Assembly: GCA_003597955.1 (NCBI GenBank)
Contig: QZJU01000012.1
Location: forward strand, 1-49,939
DNA: 49,939 nt
Origin: Candidatus Parcubacteria bacterium
Lineage (GTDB): Bacteria > Patescibacteriota > Patescibacteriia > PEXW01
Direction: 5' to 3'
Under the pieces are notes generated by a model. The model was given only the letters and a program-made list of their open reading frames with translations. It was not told where the DNA came from and did no database searches. The position numbers and the translations under genes were made by a program. Of the stretch, positions 18,830 through 29,368 are shown in pieces (within the stretch, counting starts at the first letter, position 1; each line of letters begins with the position of its first letter).

Positions 18830-19936
18830 ATGTCACCGGTCGTTTTCCAAACGTTTCGGCGAATTGATTGGCTGCTTTTAGTTGCCACCATTTTATTAAT
18901 CTTTATCGGCCTGATTGCATTGGCCAGCGTGACGGTTGCAAAAGCGCCACCTGAATGGAAGACATTCTTACACCAGTTGGCGTACCTGGGGCTTGGTTTG
19001 ATTCTTGCCTTGGGCGCGATCACGGTTGATTATCGAGTTTTGCGGGGCTACAGCACTCACGCGTACATACTGGCGGTTTTGTTGTTGGTTGGGGTTTTGT
19101 TTTTTGGCACCACGATCCGTAGTACCACGGGTTGGTTTATTATTGGGGGAGTCAGCTTTCAGCCCGTGGAAGTCGCCAAGCTTTTGTGGATTTTGGCCTT
19201 CAGCGCTTATTTAGCTAGATACGCCAGGGCCTTTGATCAGTGGCGGCACTTAGCCATTAGTGGCGCGTTTATGGTGGTTTTGGTGGCTTTGGTTTTGCGT
19301 CAGCCGGACTTGGGTTCGGCCGTGGTGATAATTGTCATTTATTTAGGTTTGTTATTATTGGCGAATGTGCGACCTAAGCAGCTGGCGATTTTATTTCTAA
19401 TTTTGATCAGCGCCGGGGTTTTAAGTTATTTCTTCATCCTGCAGGATTACCAGAAAGACCGGATTCGAGTTCTGTTTCAACCCAATGCCGATCCGTTGGG
19501 TCGCGGATACAATGTCACTCAGTCAATCATAGCCATCGGTTCGGGCAATTTATTTGGCCGGGGTTTCGGACAGGGCACTCAAAGCCAGCTTAATTTTTTA
19601 CCCGAACAGCAGACCGACTTTATCTTTTCAGTTTTCGCAGAAGAGTTTGGATTCTTGGGTAGCGCGATTTTGCTGGCTGCCTACATTTTAATGTTGGTTA
19701 GAACGGCGCTGATTGCCAGGCAAGCGCGTGAAGATTTCGGCGCATTTTTGGCCGCGGGCATCGGCATTTGGCTGGTCGCACAGCTGTTCATTAATGTCGG
19801 CATGAATATGGGGCTTTTGCCGGTCGCCGGCATTCCTTTGCCTTTGGTTAGCGCCGGCGGTAGTTCACTGGTGGCCACGCTCATTGGGCTGGGTCTGGTG
19901 CAAAGCATTGCCTTAAGGTCCCGTTTGACGGTTTAA
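18830..19936 (+). CDS. rodA: SEDS-family peptidoglycan glycosyltransferase RodA
   Basis: FQPVEVAK, QPDLG, YQKDRI, GYNVTQSIIAIGSG, LPEQQTDFIF and GIPLPLVS.GGSS motifs. Confidence 0.92.
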   Translation: MSPVVFQTFRRIDWLLLVATILLIFIGLIALASVTVAKAPPEWKTFLHQLAYLGLGLILALGAITVDYRVLRGYSTHAYILAVLLLVGVLFFGTTIRSTTGWFIIGGVSFQPVEVAKLLWILAFSAYLARYARAFDQWRHLAISGAFMVVLVALVLRQPDLGSAVVIIVIYLGLLLLANVRPKQLAILFLILISAGVLSYFFILQDYQKDRIRVLFQPNADPLGRGYNVTQSIIAIGSGNLFGRGFGQGTQSQLNFLPEQQTDFIFSVFAEEFGFLGSAILLAAYILMLVRTALIARQAREDFGAFLAAGIGIWLVAQLFINVGMNMGLLPVAGIPLPLVSAGGSSLVATLIGLGLVQSIALRSRLTV

Positions 19937-19991
19937 ATACTTACTAAAAAATTTTTCGGTCATTGCTCCCGGGCAGTAAGTCTTAAGGTTG

Positions 19992-20020
19992 TTGACTACC
20001 TTGACAAAGAATGTTATAGT
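19992..20020 (+). promoter_or_regulatory. Sigma70-type promoter
   Basis: TTGACT-17 nt-TATAGT upstream of the 20056 start. Confidence 0.55.
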
Positions 20021-20055
20021 GTATTTGTTAAAATTTTAAAAATTAATAAATTTTC

Positions 20056-20376
20056 ATGAGTTTTCCGCTTTCTTCAATGCACTCGGGTTTTGATTTGCGC
20101 GCGGGCGTAGATTTCTTTGGAGTCTGCCCGCTCTGCAAAACCAGTTATGAGCCTTTATCAGTGCGTTTGCTGGCGGCGCAGGAAGAAAGACACCTTTTGC
20201 ATATTGTTTGCCAAAAATGCCGGGTCGCCTCTTTAGCCTTAGTTTTAGTGCAAAATACCGGCATTAAAGCCGTGGAAGTGGTTACGGATTTAAACAGTAC
20301 CGATGCGGTCCGTTTAGGCCAGCAAGCGCCGATCAGCGCGGATGAGGTTTTGGCGTTGCATCAAGCCTTGGCCTAA
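20056..20376 (+). CDS. Zinc-ribbon hypothetical protein
   Basis: CPLC...H..CQKC plus TDL and ISADEVL..H motifs. Confidence 0.75.
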   Translation: MSFPLSSMHSGFDLRAGVDFFGVCPLCKTSYEPLSVRLLAAQEERHLLHIVCQKCRVASLALVLVQNTGIKAVEVVTDLNSTDAVRLGQQAPISADEVLALHQALA

Positions 20377-20479
20377 ACTCCAGGTTTTTGGAGGGATTTT
20401 TAAAATAAACCCTAGGGTTTTTCCAGAGCTTTAAAAAGCCCAAAAATTTCTAAAGACGCGTTTTTCATTATTCCAAATT

Positions 20480-21187
20480 ATGAATCTAAAACTCCAAGCC
20501 AAGAATCGAGAAGTCGGCAAGGTTGCAAATGTAAAATTGCGAAAGCAGGACTTGCTGCCGGCAGTCCTTTACGGGCACGGCATTAAGAACCAAAATTTAG
20601 CCTTAAACAAGGCGGAATTTGAGAAAATCAGCCAGCAAGCCGGCGCCTCGGGAATTATAGATGTGGTTTTAAGCGGGCATTCGCCGGTTAAGGCCTTGAT
20701 TCAGGATGTGGCCCGGCATCCAACCAGCGGCAAGATTTTGCACGTGGATCTGTATCAAATCCGGATGGATGAGAAGATCACCCACGATGTGGTTCTGAAT
20801 TTCACCGGTGAATCGAAAGCCGTAAAGGAATTAAGCGGCATTTTAGTGAAAAATCTTTCAATGGTTCCGGTAAAGTGCTTGCCTGCGGATTTACCGGCGG
20901 AAATTAGTGTCGATATTTCAAAATTGGTTGATTTTGAATCGAAAATCACCATCGCGGATCTGGCCATACCCAAAGGTGTGGAGCTCTTGGCTAAACCCGA
21001 AGAAGTTGTAGTTTTGGTTGAACCGCCCCGCAGCGAAGAAGAATTAAAGGCCCTGGATGAAAAGGTGGAAGAAAAAGTGGAAGAAGTCGCCAAGATTGAA
21101 AAAGAAAAGCCAGTGGAAGAGGAGGGTGAGGCTGAAGCGGTCGCAACTCCACCGACGCCGGCCAAAACTGAAAAAAATAAATCATGA
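20480..21187 (+). CDS. rplY: 50S ribosomal protein L25/Ctc
   Basis: LR....PAVLYG, HVDLY and CLPADLP..I.VD motifs; acidic tail. Confidence 0.95.
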   Translation: MNLKLQAKNREVGKVANVKLRKQDLLPAVLYGHGIKNQNLALNKAEFEKISQQAGASGIIDVVLSGHSPVKALIQDVARHPTSGKILHVDLYQIRMDEKITHDVVLNFTGESKAVKELSGILVKNLSMVPVKCLPADLPAEISVDISKLVDFESKITIADLAIPKGVELLAKPEEVVVLVEPPRSEEELKALDEKVEEKVEEVAKIEKEKPVEEEGEAEAVATPPTPAKTEKNKS

Positions 21188-22245
21188 CTGAAAAACTGAT
21201 CGACAGTCCAAAAGATTTTACATTCGGCAAGAGGAAAAACCGCTGGCCTTGGTTGATAGGCGGAGGAGTGGCGGCTTTAGGGCTGATTGTTTTTGGCGGC
21301 TATTTGGCGTTTGGAAAGACCGGCGGGCTGGGCGGTTCAGACGAGTCTAAAAGTTCCGTAAATGTCCCGCGGAAGATCGACGGGGTGGTCATTGATTCCG
21401 AAAAATCAAATTTGTTTCCTTTGTGCATGGTAATCGAAAACCATTCCAGCGTCAGGCCACAAAGCGGTTTAAGCCAGGCGGGCGTTGTTTATGAAGCTTT
21501 GGCTGAAGGCGGCATCACCCGGTTCTTGGCGGTTTTCGCGGTTAACGGTGTTTTGGAAATCGGGCCCGTGCGCTCGGCTCGGCCATATTTAGTTGACCTG
21601 GCCAAGGAGTATAACTGCCTTTTCGTGCATGCGGGCGCTTCCCCTCAGGCGGAAACGGAAATAAAAACCACCAACATCTTGGATTTTAACCAATTTTTTA
21701 AGCCATATAATTTTTACCGAATTCCAGGTCGTCAGTATGAACATTCGTTGTTTACTACTTTAAGCAAGATGGAATTGGGTCGGATTGATATGGGCATTAA
21801 AGATCGCGGGAATTACGAAGCCTGGGAATTTAAGGAAGATTCTCCGGTCGCGGAAGCGACCGTTAAAAATTTAAAAATAGATTTTTCAACGCAGGCCTAC
21901 AAAGTAGAATATACCTACGATGCGCAAGCCAATGCTTACCGGCGTTTTCAGGGCGGTTCGGCCAGCAAGGATAAATCTACGGATACGGAAATCGTTCCGA
22001 AGAATGTTGTAGTGATGTATACGGTTTCCAGCCTTTATGATGAATTGCGCCGGAATATCACAGTGGTGGGCGAAGGCAAAGCTTTGGTTTTTCAAGACGG
22101 CCAGGTTATTACTGGAACGTGGAAAAAATCCAGCGTAGAAGCCCGCTTAAAATTTTTTGATGCTACCGGTGCTGTGATAAAATTAAATCGCGGCCAGACT
22201 TGGGTGGAAGTGGTCGATGTACCGGAAAAAAATGTCACTTATTAA
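21184..22245 (+). CDS. DUF3048 domain membrane-anchored protein
   Basis: IENH...RPQSGL, VYEALAEGGITRF, GPVRSAR and G.TWVE motifs. Confidence 0.9.
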   Translation: MTEKLIDSPKDFTFGKRKNRWPWLIGGGVAALGLIVFGGYLAFGKTGGLGGSDESKSSVNVPRKIDGVVIDSEKSNLFPLCMVIENHSSVRPQSGLSQAGVVYEALAEGGITRFLAVFAVNGVLEIGPVRSARPYLVDLAKEYNCLFVHAGASPQAETEIKTTNILDFNQFFKPYNFYRIPGRQYEHSLFTTLSKMELGRIDMGIKDRGNYEAWEFKEDSPVAEATVKNLKIDFSTQAYKVEYTYDAQANAYRRFQGGSASKDKSTDTEIVPKNVVVMYTVSSLYDELRRNITVVGEGKALVFQDGQVITGTWKKSSVEARLKFFDATGAVIKLNRGQTWVEVVDVPEKNVTY

Positions 22246-22274
22246 TTAATTTCGATCATTAAATAAAAAAGCCC

Positions 22275-23474
22275 ATGCCCCCAAAACCAACACCTTCAAA
22301 AATTCCAAATAAAAATTCCCAAGACAAAAAACCCATGGAAACAGAAGATTCGGTCGTTCCTGTCAGATTGAATGTCGGCGATGCTAAGAAAGACAAGAAA
22401 ACTAAAGTTCCCGGCCATCACTGGTCCAGGTTGACATATTTGATTTTGGGTTCAGTGGTGATTGTAGTCTTAGCCGTCGGTGCCGTGGCTTTTGCATGGC
22501 CGGGGTTAGGGAAAAAGTCCACAAAAGCTGATACCACCCAAACTTCAGAACCAGTTGCGCAAAATCCGGTTTTGCCGGACCTGGTCGGGGGCAATCGTTT
22601 TGACAAAGGTCACTACTATCCGGTTGCGGTGATGATCGACAATGCTTCGCCTGCCCGGCCGCAATCAGGTTTGCAAGCCGCTTCAGTGGTTTACGAGGCT
22701 TTAGTCGAAGGGGGTATCACGCGTTTTATGGCCGTATATGACCACGGCGAAATTGAACAGATCGGACCCGTCCGTTCGGCTCGTCCGTACTATCTGGAAT
22801 GGCTGGCTGAATATGACGCGGCTTACGCTCACGCTGGCGGTTCGCCCGAAGCCCTGGGCAGCATTGTTAAAAACCGTATTCACGATATTAACGCCATTCG
22901 CAATGCCGCCGTGGCTTTTTATCGCGATAAAGGCCGGCCGGCCCCTCACAATCTGTACACTTCTTCAACCCGGCTTTATACCACCACGGTGGCAAACAAC
23001 TTAAAAATTTCAGATGTTGATATCGAACCTTGGGTTTTCGCGACCCCGGCTGATATTTTGCCTTTGACCGCGACCCCGGCCAATAAAGTGACCTTAAACT
23101 TCTCCGGTTCAGCCAAGGGCTCGGAAGTGAGTTACGCCTATGATTCGGCCAGTCAAACTTATTTGCGAAGTCAGGCCAGAGTTAGCCACGAAGACCGATT
23201 GACCAAAGCGCAAATCAAAGTCAAAAATCTTATCATTCAAACTATTTCCAACAACATCACCGTTGGCGAAAAAGGCCGGTTAAGTATGAAGGTCACCGGG
23301 ACGGGCAAAGCCAAAATTTTTCAAAACGGTAAAACCTTTGAAGCCGTCTGGACCAAGACTGACACGAGCGACCGGACGATTTTCACCTTAGTCGACGGCA
23401 CGCCGGTAAAATTCCAACCCGGAAATACTTGGATTGAAGTTCTACCCGAAGGCCGCCAGGTCAAGGTTGAATGA
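22275..23474 (+). CDS. DUF3048 domain membrane-anchored protein (paralog)
   Basis: MIDN...RPQSGL, VEGGITRF, GPVRSAR, APHNLY and GNTWIE motifs. Confidence 0.9.
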   Translation: MPPKPTPSKIPNKNSQDKKPMETEDSVVPVRLNVGDAKKDKKTKVPGHHWSRLTYLILGSVVIVVLAVGAVAFAWPGLGKKSTKADTTQTSEPVAQNPVLPDLVGGNRFDKGHYYPVAVMIDNASPARPQSGLQAASVVYEALVEGGITRFMAVYDHGEIEQIGPVRSARPYYLEWLAEYDAAYAHAGGSPEALGSIVKNRIHDINAIRNAAVAFYRDKGRPAPHNLYTSSTRLYTTTVANNLKISDVDIEPWVFATPADILPLTATPANKVTLNFSGSAKGSEVSYAYDSASQTYLRSQARVSHEDRLTKAQIKVKNLIIQTISNNITVGEKGRLSMKVTGTGKAKIFQNGKTFEAVWTKTDTSDRTIFTLVDGTPVKFQPGNTWIEVLPEGRQVKVE

Positions 23475-24286
23475 CAAAAAAGCCAAAAACTAAGTTGCTC
23501 CTGATTGATCTCGATGACACCTTAATCGGTCCGGATCTGCGGGTTTCGCCTCGCAACCGCAATGCCATTCGGCAAGCTACGCGGGCGGGCCTGATTGTCA
23601 CTTTGGCAACGGGTCGAACTTTCACCACAACTCTGCCCTTTGCTTTAAAATTGGGCTTAAAACACACCTTAGCCTGCTTTCAGGGTGCCTTGCTACGCGG
23701 CAGGAGTAAAATTTTAGCTTCGCGAACTTTGCCGCCCCAGCATTATTTAGACATCATTAAGTTCGGCTTAAAGCATAGAGTGCAAATCTGCGTGTATGTT
23801 TTGGATCATGACACAGTTTTTTTTCAACGGCCCCTGGATCGATACGGCAAGGAATATTTGGACAAGATTGAGCAGGTCAGGCAGATCAGCTTGGTAAATT
23901 TATTGACTTTTCCCTTCACCCATCCCCCGATCAAGATAATGTTTGTCGCGCACCCAGAGAAAATCATAAAGCTTGAAAGGCTGGCTCAAAAAAGATTCGG
24001 CAGGAAGTTGTACATTACCCGAACGCGCAACACGCTTTTGGAATTTTTGCATCCCCAGGTTAACAAGGGTTTTGCCTTGAGAAAATTGGCGGAACATTAT
24101 CATTTGCGCCTCAAACAGACAGCGGCCATCGGCGACGGCTATAACGACATTCCGTTGCTCAAAACCGCGGGCTTGAGCTTTGCCGTAAAAAACGCGCCGG
24201 CTAAAGTGGAGCGCTCCGCCGACCGCGTGGTTTCGGCCTGGGACCAGGACGGCGTGGCCGAGGCGATCGAGCAGATCATAAAATAG
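23471..24286 (+). CDS. Cof-type HAD-IIB hydrolase
   Basis: DLDDTL, ATGR, NKG, GDGYND and DGVA motifs. Confidence 0.92.
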   Translation: MTKKPKTKLLLIDLDDTLIGPDLRVSPRNRNAIRQATRAGLIVTLATGRTFTTTLPFALKLGLKHTLACFQGALLRGRSKILASRTLPPQHYLDIIKFGLKHRVQICVYVLDHDTVFFQRPLDRYGKEYLDKIEQVRQISLVNLLTFPFTHPPIKIMFVAHPEKIIKLERLAQKRFGRKLYITRTRNTLLEFLHPQVNKGFALRKLAEHYHLRLKQTAAIGDGYNDIPLLKTAGLSFAVKNAPAKVERSADRVVSAWDQDGVAEAIEQIIK

Positions 24287-24316
24287 CCTTTTTTGAACTC
24301 GTGATAAAATAGATTT

Positions 24317-25576
24317 ATGTTCAAAAGATTTTTTTTGACCAATGGGGTCAAGGTTCTAATATCACCGCTTAAAGAAACCCAGGCCGTAACGGTCATGGCC
24401 ATTGTTAAAGTTGGTTCAAGATACGAAAATATTAAATTGAACGGCGCCTCGCATTTTATCGAGCACATGATGTTTAAGGGCACCCGGAAAAGGCCTGACA
24501 CCTTAACTTTAACCAAAGAGCTTGACGGCATCGGGGCAGAGTACAACGCTTTCACTGCCAAAGACCATACGGCTTATTACATTAAGACCAACCGTTTCCA
24601 TGTCGATTTGGCCTTGGAGATCCTTTCGGACATGCTGGTTAATTCCAAATTTGACGAAAAAGAACTTAATCGAGAGCGGGGCGTGATCATCGAAGAAATC
24701 AATATGTACGAAGATAATCCTATGGTTTTGGTGGAAGATGTTTTGGAAGGCGGTTTGTACGGCGATTCTCCTTTGGGCCGAAACATCGCCGGGACTAAGT
24801 CTGGCATAGCCAAAATGGACCGCCGAGAAATGCTGCGCTTCAAGGACCAATATTACATTGGCCCAAACATTTGGTTGGTGATTGCCGGTCGCGTGCCGCC
24901 TAATATCAAGAGCCTAGCCGAGCGCTATTTCCGGCTTATGCCAAAACAGCCGAGCTCGCCGATTTTTCAAAGACAGAAAAAGCTGAACGCCAAACGCGTG
25001 CATCTGAAATTCAAAAAAACCGAGCAAGTGCATTTAATAATCGGTGGTCCAGCCCTGCCTTATGCCGACCGGAACCTTACGGCCTTGTCCGTGTTGTCCA
25101 CCATGCTCGGCGGCACCATGAGTTCCAGACTGTTCATTGAGATTCGAGAAAGAAGGGGATTGTGTTATTTTATTCGAGCTTCGTTAAGCCCCTATCAAGA
25201 CCTAGGGCACTTTCAGATCCAAGCGGGCTTAGATAAAAACCGAATTAGCGAAGCCATCCCGGCCATCCTGGGTGAGTTGCAAAAGATGCGCAGAGGCGAA
25301 TTCAGAACTGAAGAACTGAACCGGGCCAAAGAGTATATGAAGGGCAAATTCATTTTGGATTTGGAAGATTCGGAAAATTTGGCCGGTTGGCTCGGCAAGC
25401 AGGCATTGTTTTTGCCGGAAATTAAGACGGTTAAAACTCGGTTGGCCGAAATTGACCAAGTCACTTCAGCAAAGGTGAAAAAATTAGCAAAGACCATTTT
25501 TCAGCCTCGGCGATTTCATTTGGCGGTTATTGGTCCGTATAGGCAGGAAAGGGCTTTTCTTAGGTTTTTGCCCTAA
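24317..25576 (+). CDS. M16 (pitrilysin-family) zinc metallopeptidase
   Basis: HFIEH inverzincin motif, NAFT, ERGVIIEE and SSRLF..IRE..GL.Y motifs. Confidence 0.94.
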   Translation: MFKRFFLTNGVKVLISPLKETQAVTVMAIVKVGSRYENIKLNGASHFIEHMMFKGTRKRPDTLTLTKELDGIGAEYNAFTAKDHTAYYIKTNRFHVDLALEILSDMLVNSKFDEKELNRERGVIIEEINMYEDNPMVLVEDVLEGGLYGDSPLGRNIAGTKSGIAKMDRREMLRFKDQYYIGPNIWLVIAGRVPPNIKSLAERYFRLMPKQPSSPIFQRQKKLNAKRVHLKFKKTEQVHLIIGGPALPYADRNLTALSVLSTMLGGTMSSRLFIEIRERRGLCYFIRASLSPYQDLGHFQIQAGLDKNRISEAIPAILGELQKMRRGEFRTEELNRAKEYMKGKFILDLEDSENLAGWLGKQALFLPEIKTVKTRLAEIDQVTSAKVKKLAKTIFQPRRFHLAVIGPYRQERAFLRFLP

Positions 25577-25602
25577 AACTCCAAAGCGGTTATACTGAAT
25601 TT

Positions 25603-26658
25603 ATGGCAGAAAATCCTGGCAACCCTTCGTTAAACATCTCCACCTCAACTATGTTGCGGTTGATATTAGTGGTGATCGTGTTGGCTTTCGCATACACCAT
25701 TCGTGAAGTTTTCGTGCTGTTCATTGTGGCTTTAGTGCTGGCTACGGCGCTGGATCCCTGGGTTGACAAAATGCAAGCTCGGAAAATTCCGCGTTCATTG
25801 GGTGTCGTATTGCTGTACATTTTATTGTTCGGTACAATCGCATTAATTCTCGCCATCATTATTCCTCCGCTGATTAATCAAATCAACGAACTTTCCTCGA
25901 ATTTTCCAAGCCTCTACCAAAAATTCATAGATGAATTCACTGCGCTTCGGGATTTGACCACCCAAGCGGGCTTGCAAAACAATGTCAACAGCTTTTTGCA
26001 GTCTTTGCAGTTAAGCATTGGCAAAGCCGGTTCGAGCGTCTTTGGCGCCATCACCAGCTTTTTTGGCGGTTTGATTTCTTTTTTGGCGATTTTGATCATG
26101 ACTTATTACATGTTAAGCGAAGAAAGCGGCATGAAGCGTTTTTTCAGCGCCATCGTCCCTTTAAAGTATCAGCCGTTTTTAAATCACCTGTTTTCCAAGA
26201 TTCAATTCAAAATGGGCGGCTGGTTGAGGGGTCAGCTCTTTCTGATGCTGATTGTGGCCGTGGCGGATTTTATCGGCTTGAGCATCATTGGCGTTAAATA
26301 CGCCTTGGCTCTGGCATTATTCGCCGGTTTGCTGGAAATCGTGCCTTTGATTGGTTCCACCATCGCTGCCATTCCCGCGGTTTTTGTAGCTTTTACTTTA
26401 AGCCCCACTAAAGGCATTTTAACCATTCTCTTGTTTTTCGTGGTTCAGCAGATTGAAAATAACCTGATTGTGCCCAAGGTTATGAAAAGTACCACCGGAC
26501 TGCATTCAGTGGTGGTCATTGTGGTCTTGCTGATCGGCGCAAAATTAGCCGGGATCCTGGGCGTGCTTTTAGCCATTCCGGTCACTTTGATTTTGAGCGC
26601 GATTTATTCTGAAATCTGGGGCCAACGCCGCGAGGAGGAAATGCGTTTGGAGCAATAA
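25603..26658 (+). CDS. AI-2E family transporter
   Basis: Multi-TM protein with WLRGQ, P..G, QQIENNLIVPKV and G..G.LLAIP motifs. Confidence 0.92.
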   Translation: MAENPGNPSLNISTSTMLRLILVVIVLAFAYTIREVFVLFIVALVLATALDPWVDKMQARKIPRSLGVVLLYILLFGTIALILAIIIPPLINQINELSSNFPSLYQKFIDEFTALRDLTTQAGLQNNVNSFLQSLQLSIGKAGSSVFGAITSFFGGLISFLAILIMTYYMLSEESGMKRFFSAIVPLKYQPFLNHLFSKIQFKMGGWLRGQLFLMLIVAVADFIGLSIIGVKYALALALFAGLLEIVPLIGSTIAAIPAVFVAFTLSPTKGILTILLFFVVQQIENNLIVPKVMKSTTGLHSVVVIVVLLIGAKLAGILGVLLAIPVTLILSAIYSEIWGQRREEEMRLEQ

Positions 26659-26664
26659 TTGAAT

Positions 26665-28128
26665 ATGCGAAACTTCCGGGTTCCGTTGCTTATAACCACG
26701 CCAATTTATTATGCGAACGCCGCACCGCATTTAGGTTCGGCATATACAACGATTGCGGCAGATGTTTTGGCCAGACACTGGCGGAATCAAAAACGCCGGG
26801 TTTTTTCTTTGACCGGCACCGATGAGCATGGGCAGAAAGTGGCGGACGCGGCGAAACAGGCCGGAGTCGATCCCCAGGCGTTTGTGGATCAACAAGCCAA
26901 GGTTTTTAAAACCGCCTTTCAGGGCTTGAATGTCGGTTTTGATCGATTTATTCGAACCACCGAACCCGACCACCTGAAGGGCGTGGAATTTTTTCTGAAT
27001 CAGCTAAAAAAAGCCCAAACGCCCAAGAAACGTCCGGCCATATATAAAGGCATATATCAAGGCTGGTATTGCCAAGGTTGTGAAAAATTTTTAACTGAAA
27101 AAGAATTAGTCGAAGGCAAGTGTCCTTTGCACCAGACCGCGCCGCAATACTTAACGGAAGAGAATTATTTTTTCCGGTTAAGCGATTATTTACCCCAAAT
27201 CCGGAAAGCCATAAGCCAGAATAAATTGAAAATTTTCCCGTCGACCGCGCGGCAAGAAACCCTGGGTTATTTTAAGCAGGGAGTGCAGGATTTTTCCATT
27301 TCCCGCCAAAAGGTTGATTGGGGCGTGCCTTTGCCGTTTGACAAGCGACAAACCGCCTATGTTTGGGTGGACGCATTGCCGAATTATTTGACCGGCGTCG
27401 GTTATGGCCAGGGCCGTCGTTACCGAAATTGGTGGCGGGGCGAAGTCGTGCATTTTATGGCGCGCGATATTTTAAAGTTTCACGCCATTTATTGGCCGGC
27501 TTTGCTTCTGGCAGTCGGCGAGCCTATGCCGTACACGATTGTCGCTCACGGATTTTTTACCGTGGAGGGCAAAAAAATGAGCAAGTCATTGGGTAATGTG
27601 ATTTTGCCAAAAGAGGCAATCGCCAAATTTGGCGTGGACGGCACCCGCTATTTGTTGCTCTCGGCCTGCCCCTTTGGCCAAGACGGAGATTTATCAATGG
27701 TCAGATTTTTGGAAAAATACAATGCCGATTTGGCAAATGGTCTGGGAAATTTAGCCAGCCGGACCACGAATATGCTGGAAAGATATTTAGTCGGTCGGGT
27801 GAGCTTAGGTCAGCCGCCCAAACCACTGCTTCGAGCCAATCAGCATATCGAAAATTTTGATTTTTTTCGCGCGTTGCAGGAAATTTGGAAGACCATCACC
27901 TGGGCTAACCAGGCTATCGATAAAGTCCAGCCTTGGGAGCTGGCTAAAAAGCAGGATAAAACCAGCCAAGCGAAACTGAAGAAATTTTTGAGCGAATTAG
28001 CTGCCCAGCTTTTGGAAATCGCCAAAGCCATCAAGCCGTTTATGCCCGAAGCCGGCAAGAGGATCGAAGCAAGTCTGCATGCCGAGAGTATCAAAAAAAT
28101 TCCTCCGCTTTTTATCCGAGCAGTATGA
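26665..28128 (+). CDS. metG: Methionine--tRNA ligase (short form)
   Basis: TTPIYY.N..PHLG, GTDEHGQK, YVWVDAL and KMSKSLGN motifs. Confidence 0.97.
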   Translation: MRNFRVPLLITTPIYYANAAPHLGSAYTTIAADVLARHWRNQKRRVFSLTGTDEHGQKVADAAKQAGVDPQAFVDQQAKVFKTAFQGLNVGFDRFIRTTEPDHLKGVEFFLNQLKKAQTPKKRPAIYKGIYQGWYCQGCEKFLTEKELVEGKCPLHQTAPQYLTEENYFFRLSDYLPQIRKAISQNKLKIFPSTARQETLGYFKQGVQDFSISRQKVDWGVPLPFDKRQTAYVWVDALPNYLTGVGYGQGRRYRNWWRGEVVHFMARDILKFHAIYWPALLLAVGEPMPYTIVAHGFFTVEGKKMSKSLGNVILPKEAIAKFGVDGTRYLLLSACPFGQDGDLSMVRFLEKYNADLANGLGNLASRTTNMLERYLVGRVSLGQPPKPLLRANQHIENFDFFRALQEIWKTITWANQAIDKVQPWELAKKQDKTSQAKLKKFLSELAAQLLEIAKAIKPFMPEAGKRIEASLHAESIKKIPPLFIRAV

Positions 28129-28640
28129 ACACCACTGACATTATTTTGTTAATTTTACTTTTTGGCTTTGTCTGGGCGGGTTTTTGGTATGGCCTAATCC
28201 AAACCTTGGGTGGGATCGTGGGGGTAATCGCAGGTGCAGTCATTGCCGGTCGGACTTATGCCGTTGCGGCAGGCTGGTTGGGCGGCGCGGGCGCAAGGGC
28301 GGGTTTGGCGGAATGGCTGGCTTTTTCCGTAATTTTCGTCATCGTAAACCGAGCCGTCGCCATGGCCACGGGTTCGGTCGGCAAAATTTTAAATGTGGTC
28401 AAAGTCGTGCCTTTAGTCGGTTCAGCCAACCGCTTGGGCGGCGCTTTGGTAGGGCTGGTGGAAGGCCTTTTGGTTTTAGGCCTGATAATCGCTATGGCCC
28501 AAAGGTTTGAACTAAGCCCTCAGTTGGTCGAACTTTTGGATAATTCCCGAGTCGCTAATTTTTTAAGCGCCATCGGATCCAGTTTAATGCCTTTGCTGCC
28601 AACAGCCATCCGGGGCGTTCGGTCGATTTTACAGGTCTGA
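28125..28640 (+). CDS. CvpA family membrane protein
   Basis: MN..DI, GF..GLI and NRLGG..G pattern; four TM segments. Confidence 0.85.
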   Translation: MNTTDIILLILLFGFVWAGFWYGLIQTLGGIVGVIAGAVIAGRTYAVAAGWLGGAGARAGLAEWLAFSVIFVIVNRAVAMATGSVGKILNVVKVVPLVGSANRLGGALVGLVEGLLVLGLIIAMAQRFELSPQLVELLDNSRVANFLSAIGSSLMPLLPTAIRGVRSILQV

Positions 28641-29317
28641 TGTCAGGAACGCTTTTCATTATCGCCACGCCCATCGGCAACCTAAGCGACCTTTCAGCGC
28701 GCGCCAAAGAGGTTTTGGCCCAAGTCGACGCGGTCCTGGCCGAGGATACGCGGGAAGCCGCAAAATTATTGGGGCATGTTGGCGCGTCAAAAACTGTTAT
28801 TCGTTATGATGAACACACTCGAGGCCAAAGGGAGGACGCGATTTTAGAAAGCTTAAAAGCTGGAAAAAAATTAGCTTTGGTGGCAGATCGCGGCACGCCA
28901 AACATTTCGGATCCCGGCGGTAGATTGGTCGAAAGAGTTTATAAAGAAGGCCCTGGAGTAAAAGTCGTGCCAATTCCTGGGCCTTCGGCCATGAGCGCGG
29001 CTTTATCAGTATGCGGTTTCCCGTTGCAGCAATTTTGCGGTTATGGTTTTTTGCCTTTGAAAAATAAAAGGCAGGCAATTTTAAAGCAGATGGCTGAAGA
29101 CCCTCGACCAGCCGTATTTTTTGAATCCCCGCATCGGATCGAAAAAGTTTTGAGTTTTTTCATTGAGGTTTGTCCGGCAAGGGAGGTTTTTATCGGTCGG
29201 GAATTGACTAAGACTTTTGAACATCTTTACCGCGGCAAACCCGAGGAAGTTTTAAAAGCTCTGCGAGCTGACACGATCAGAGGGGAATTTGTGGTGGTTT
29301 TGGGGCCAAAGGATTAG
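28640..29317 (+). CDS. rsmI: 16S rRNA (cytidine1402-2'-O)-methyltransferase
   Basis: ATPIGNL.D, AEDTR, GTP.ISDPG, PIPGPSA, ESPHRI, RELTK and RGEFV motifs. Confidence 0.95.
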   Translation: MSGTLFIIATPIGNLSDLSARAKEVLAQVDAVLAEDTREAAKLLGHVGASKTVIRYDEHTRGQREDAILESLKAGKKLALVADRGTPNISDPGGRLVERVYKEGPGVKVVPIPGPSAMSAALSVCGFPLQQFCGYGFLPLKNKRQAILKQMAEDPRPAVFFESPHRIEKVLSFFIEVCPAREVFIGRELTKTFEHLYRGKPEEVLKALRADTIRGEFVVVLGPKD

Positions 29318-29368
29318 GGATATGAAAAAAGCGAGCTTTATAAAAAAACTCGCTTTTTGAATAACCAG

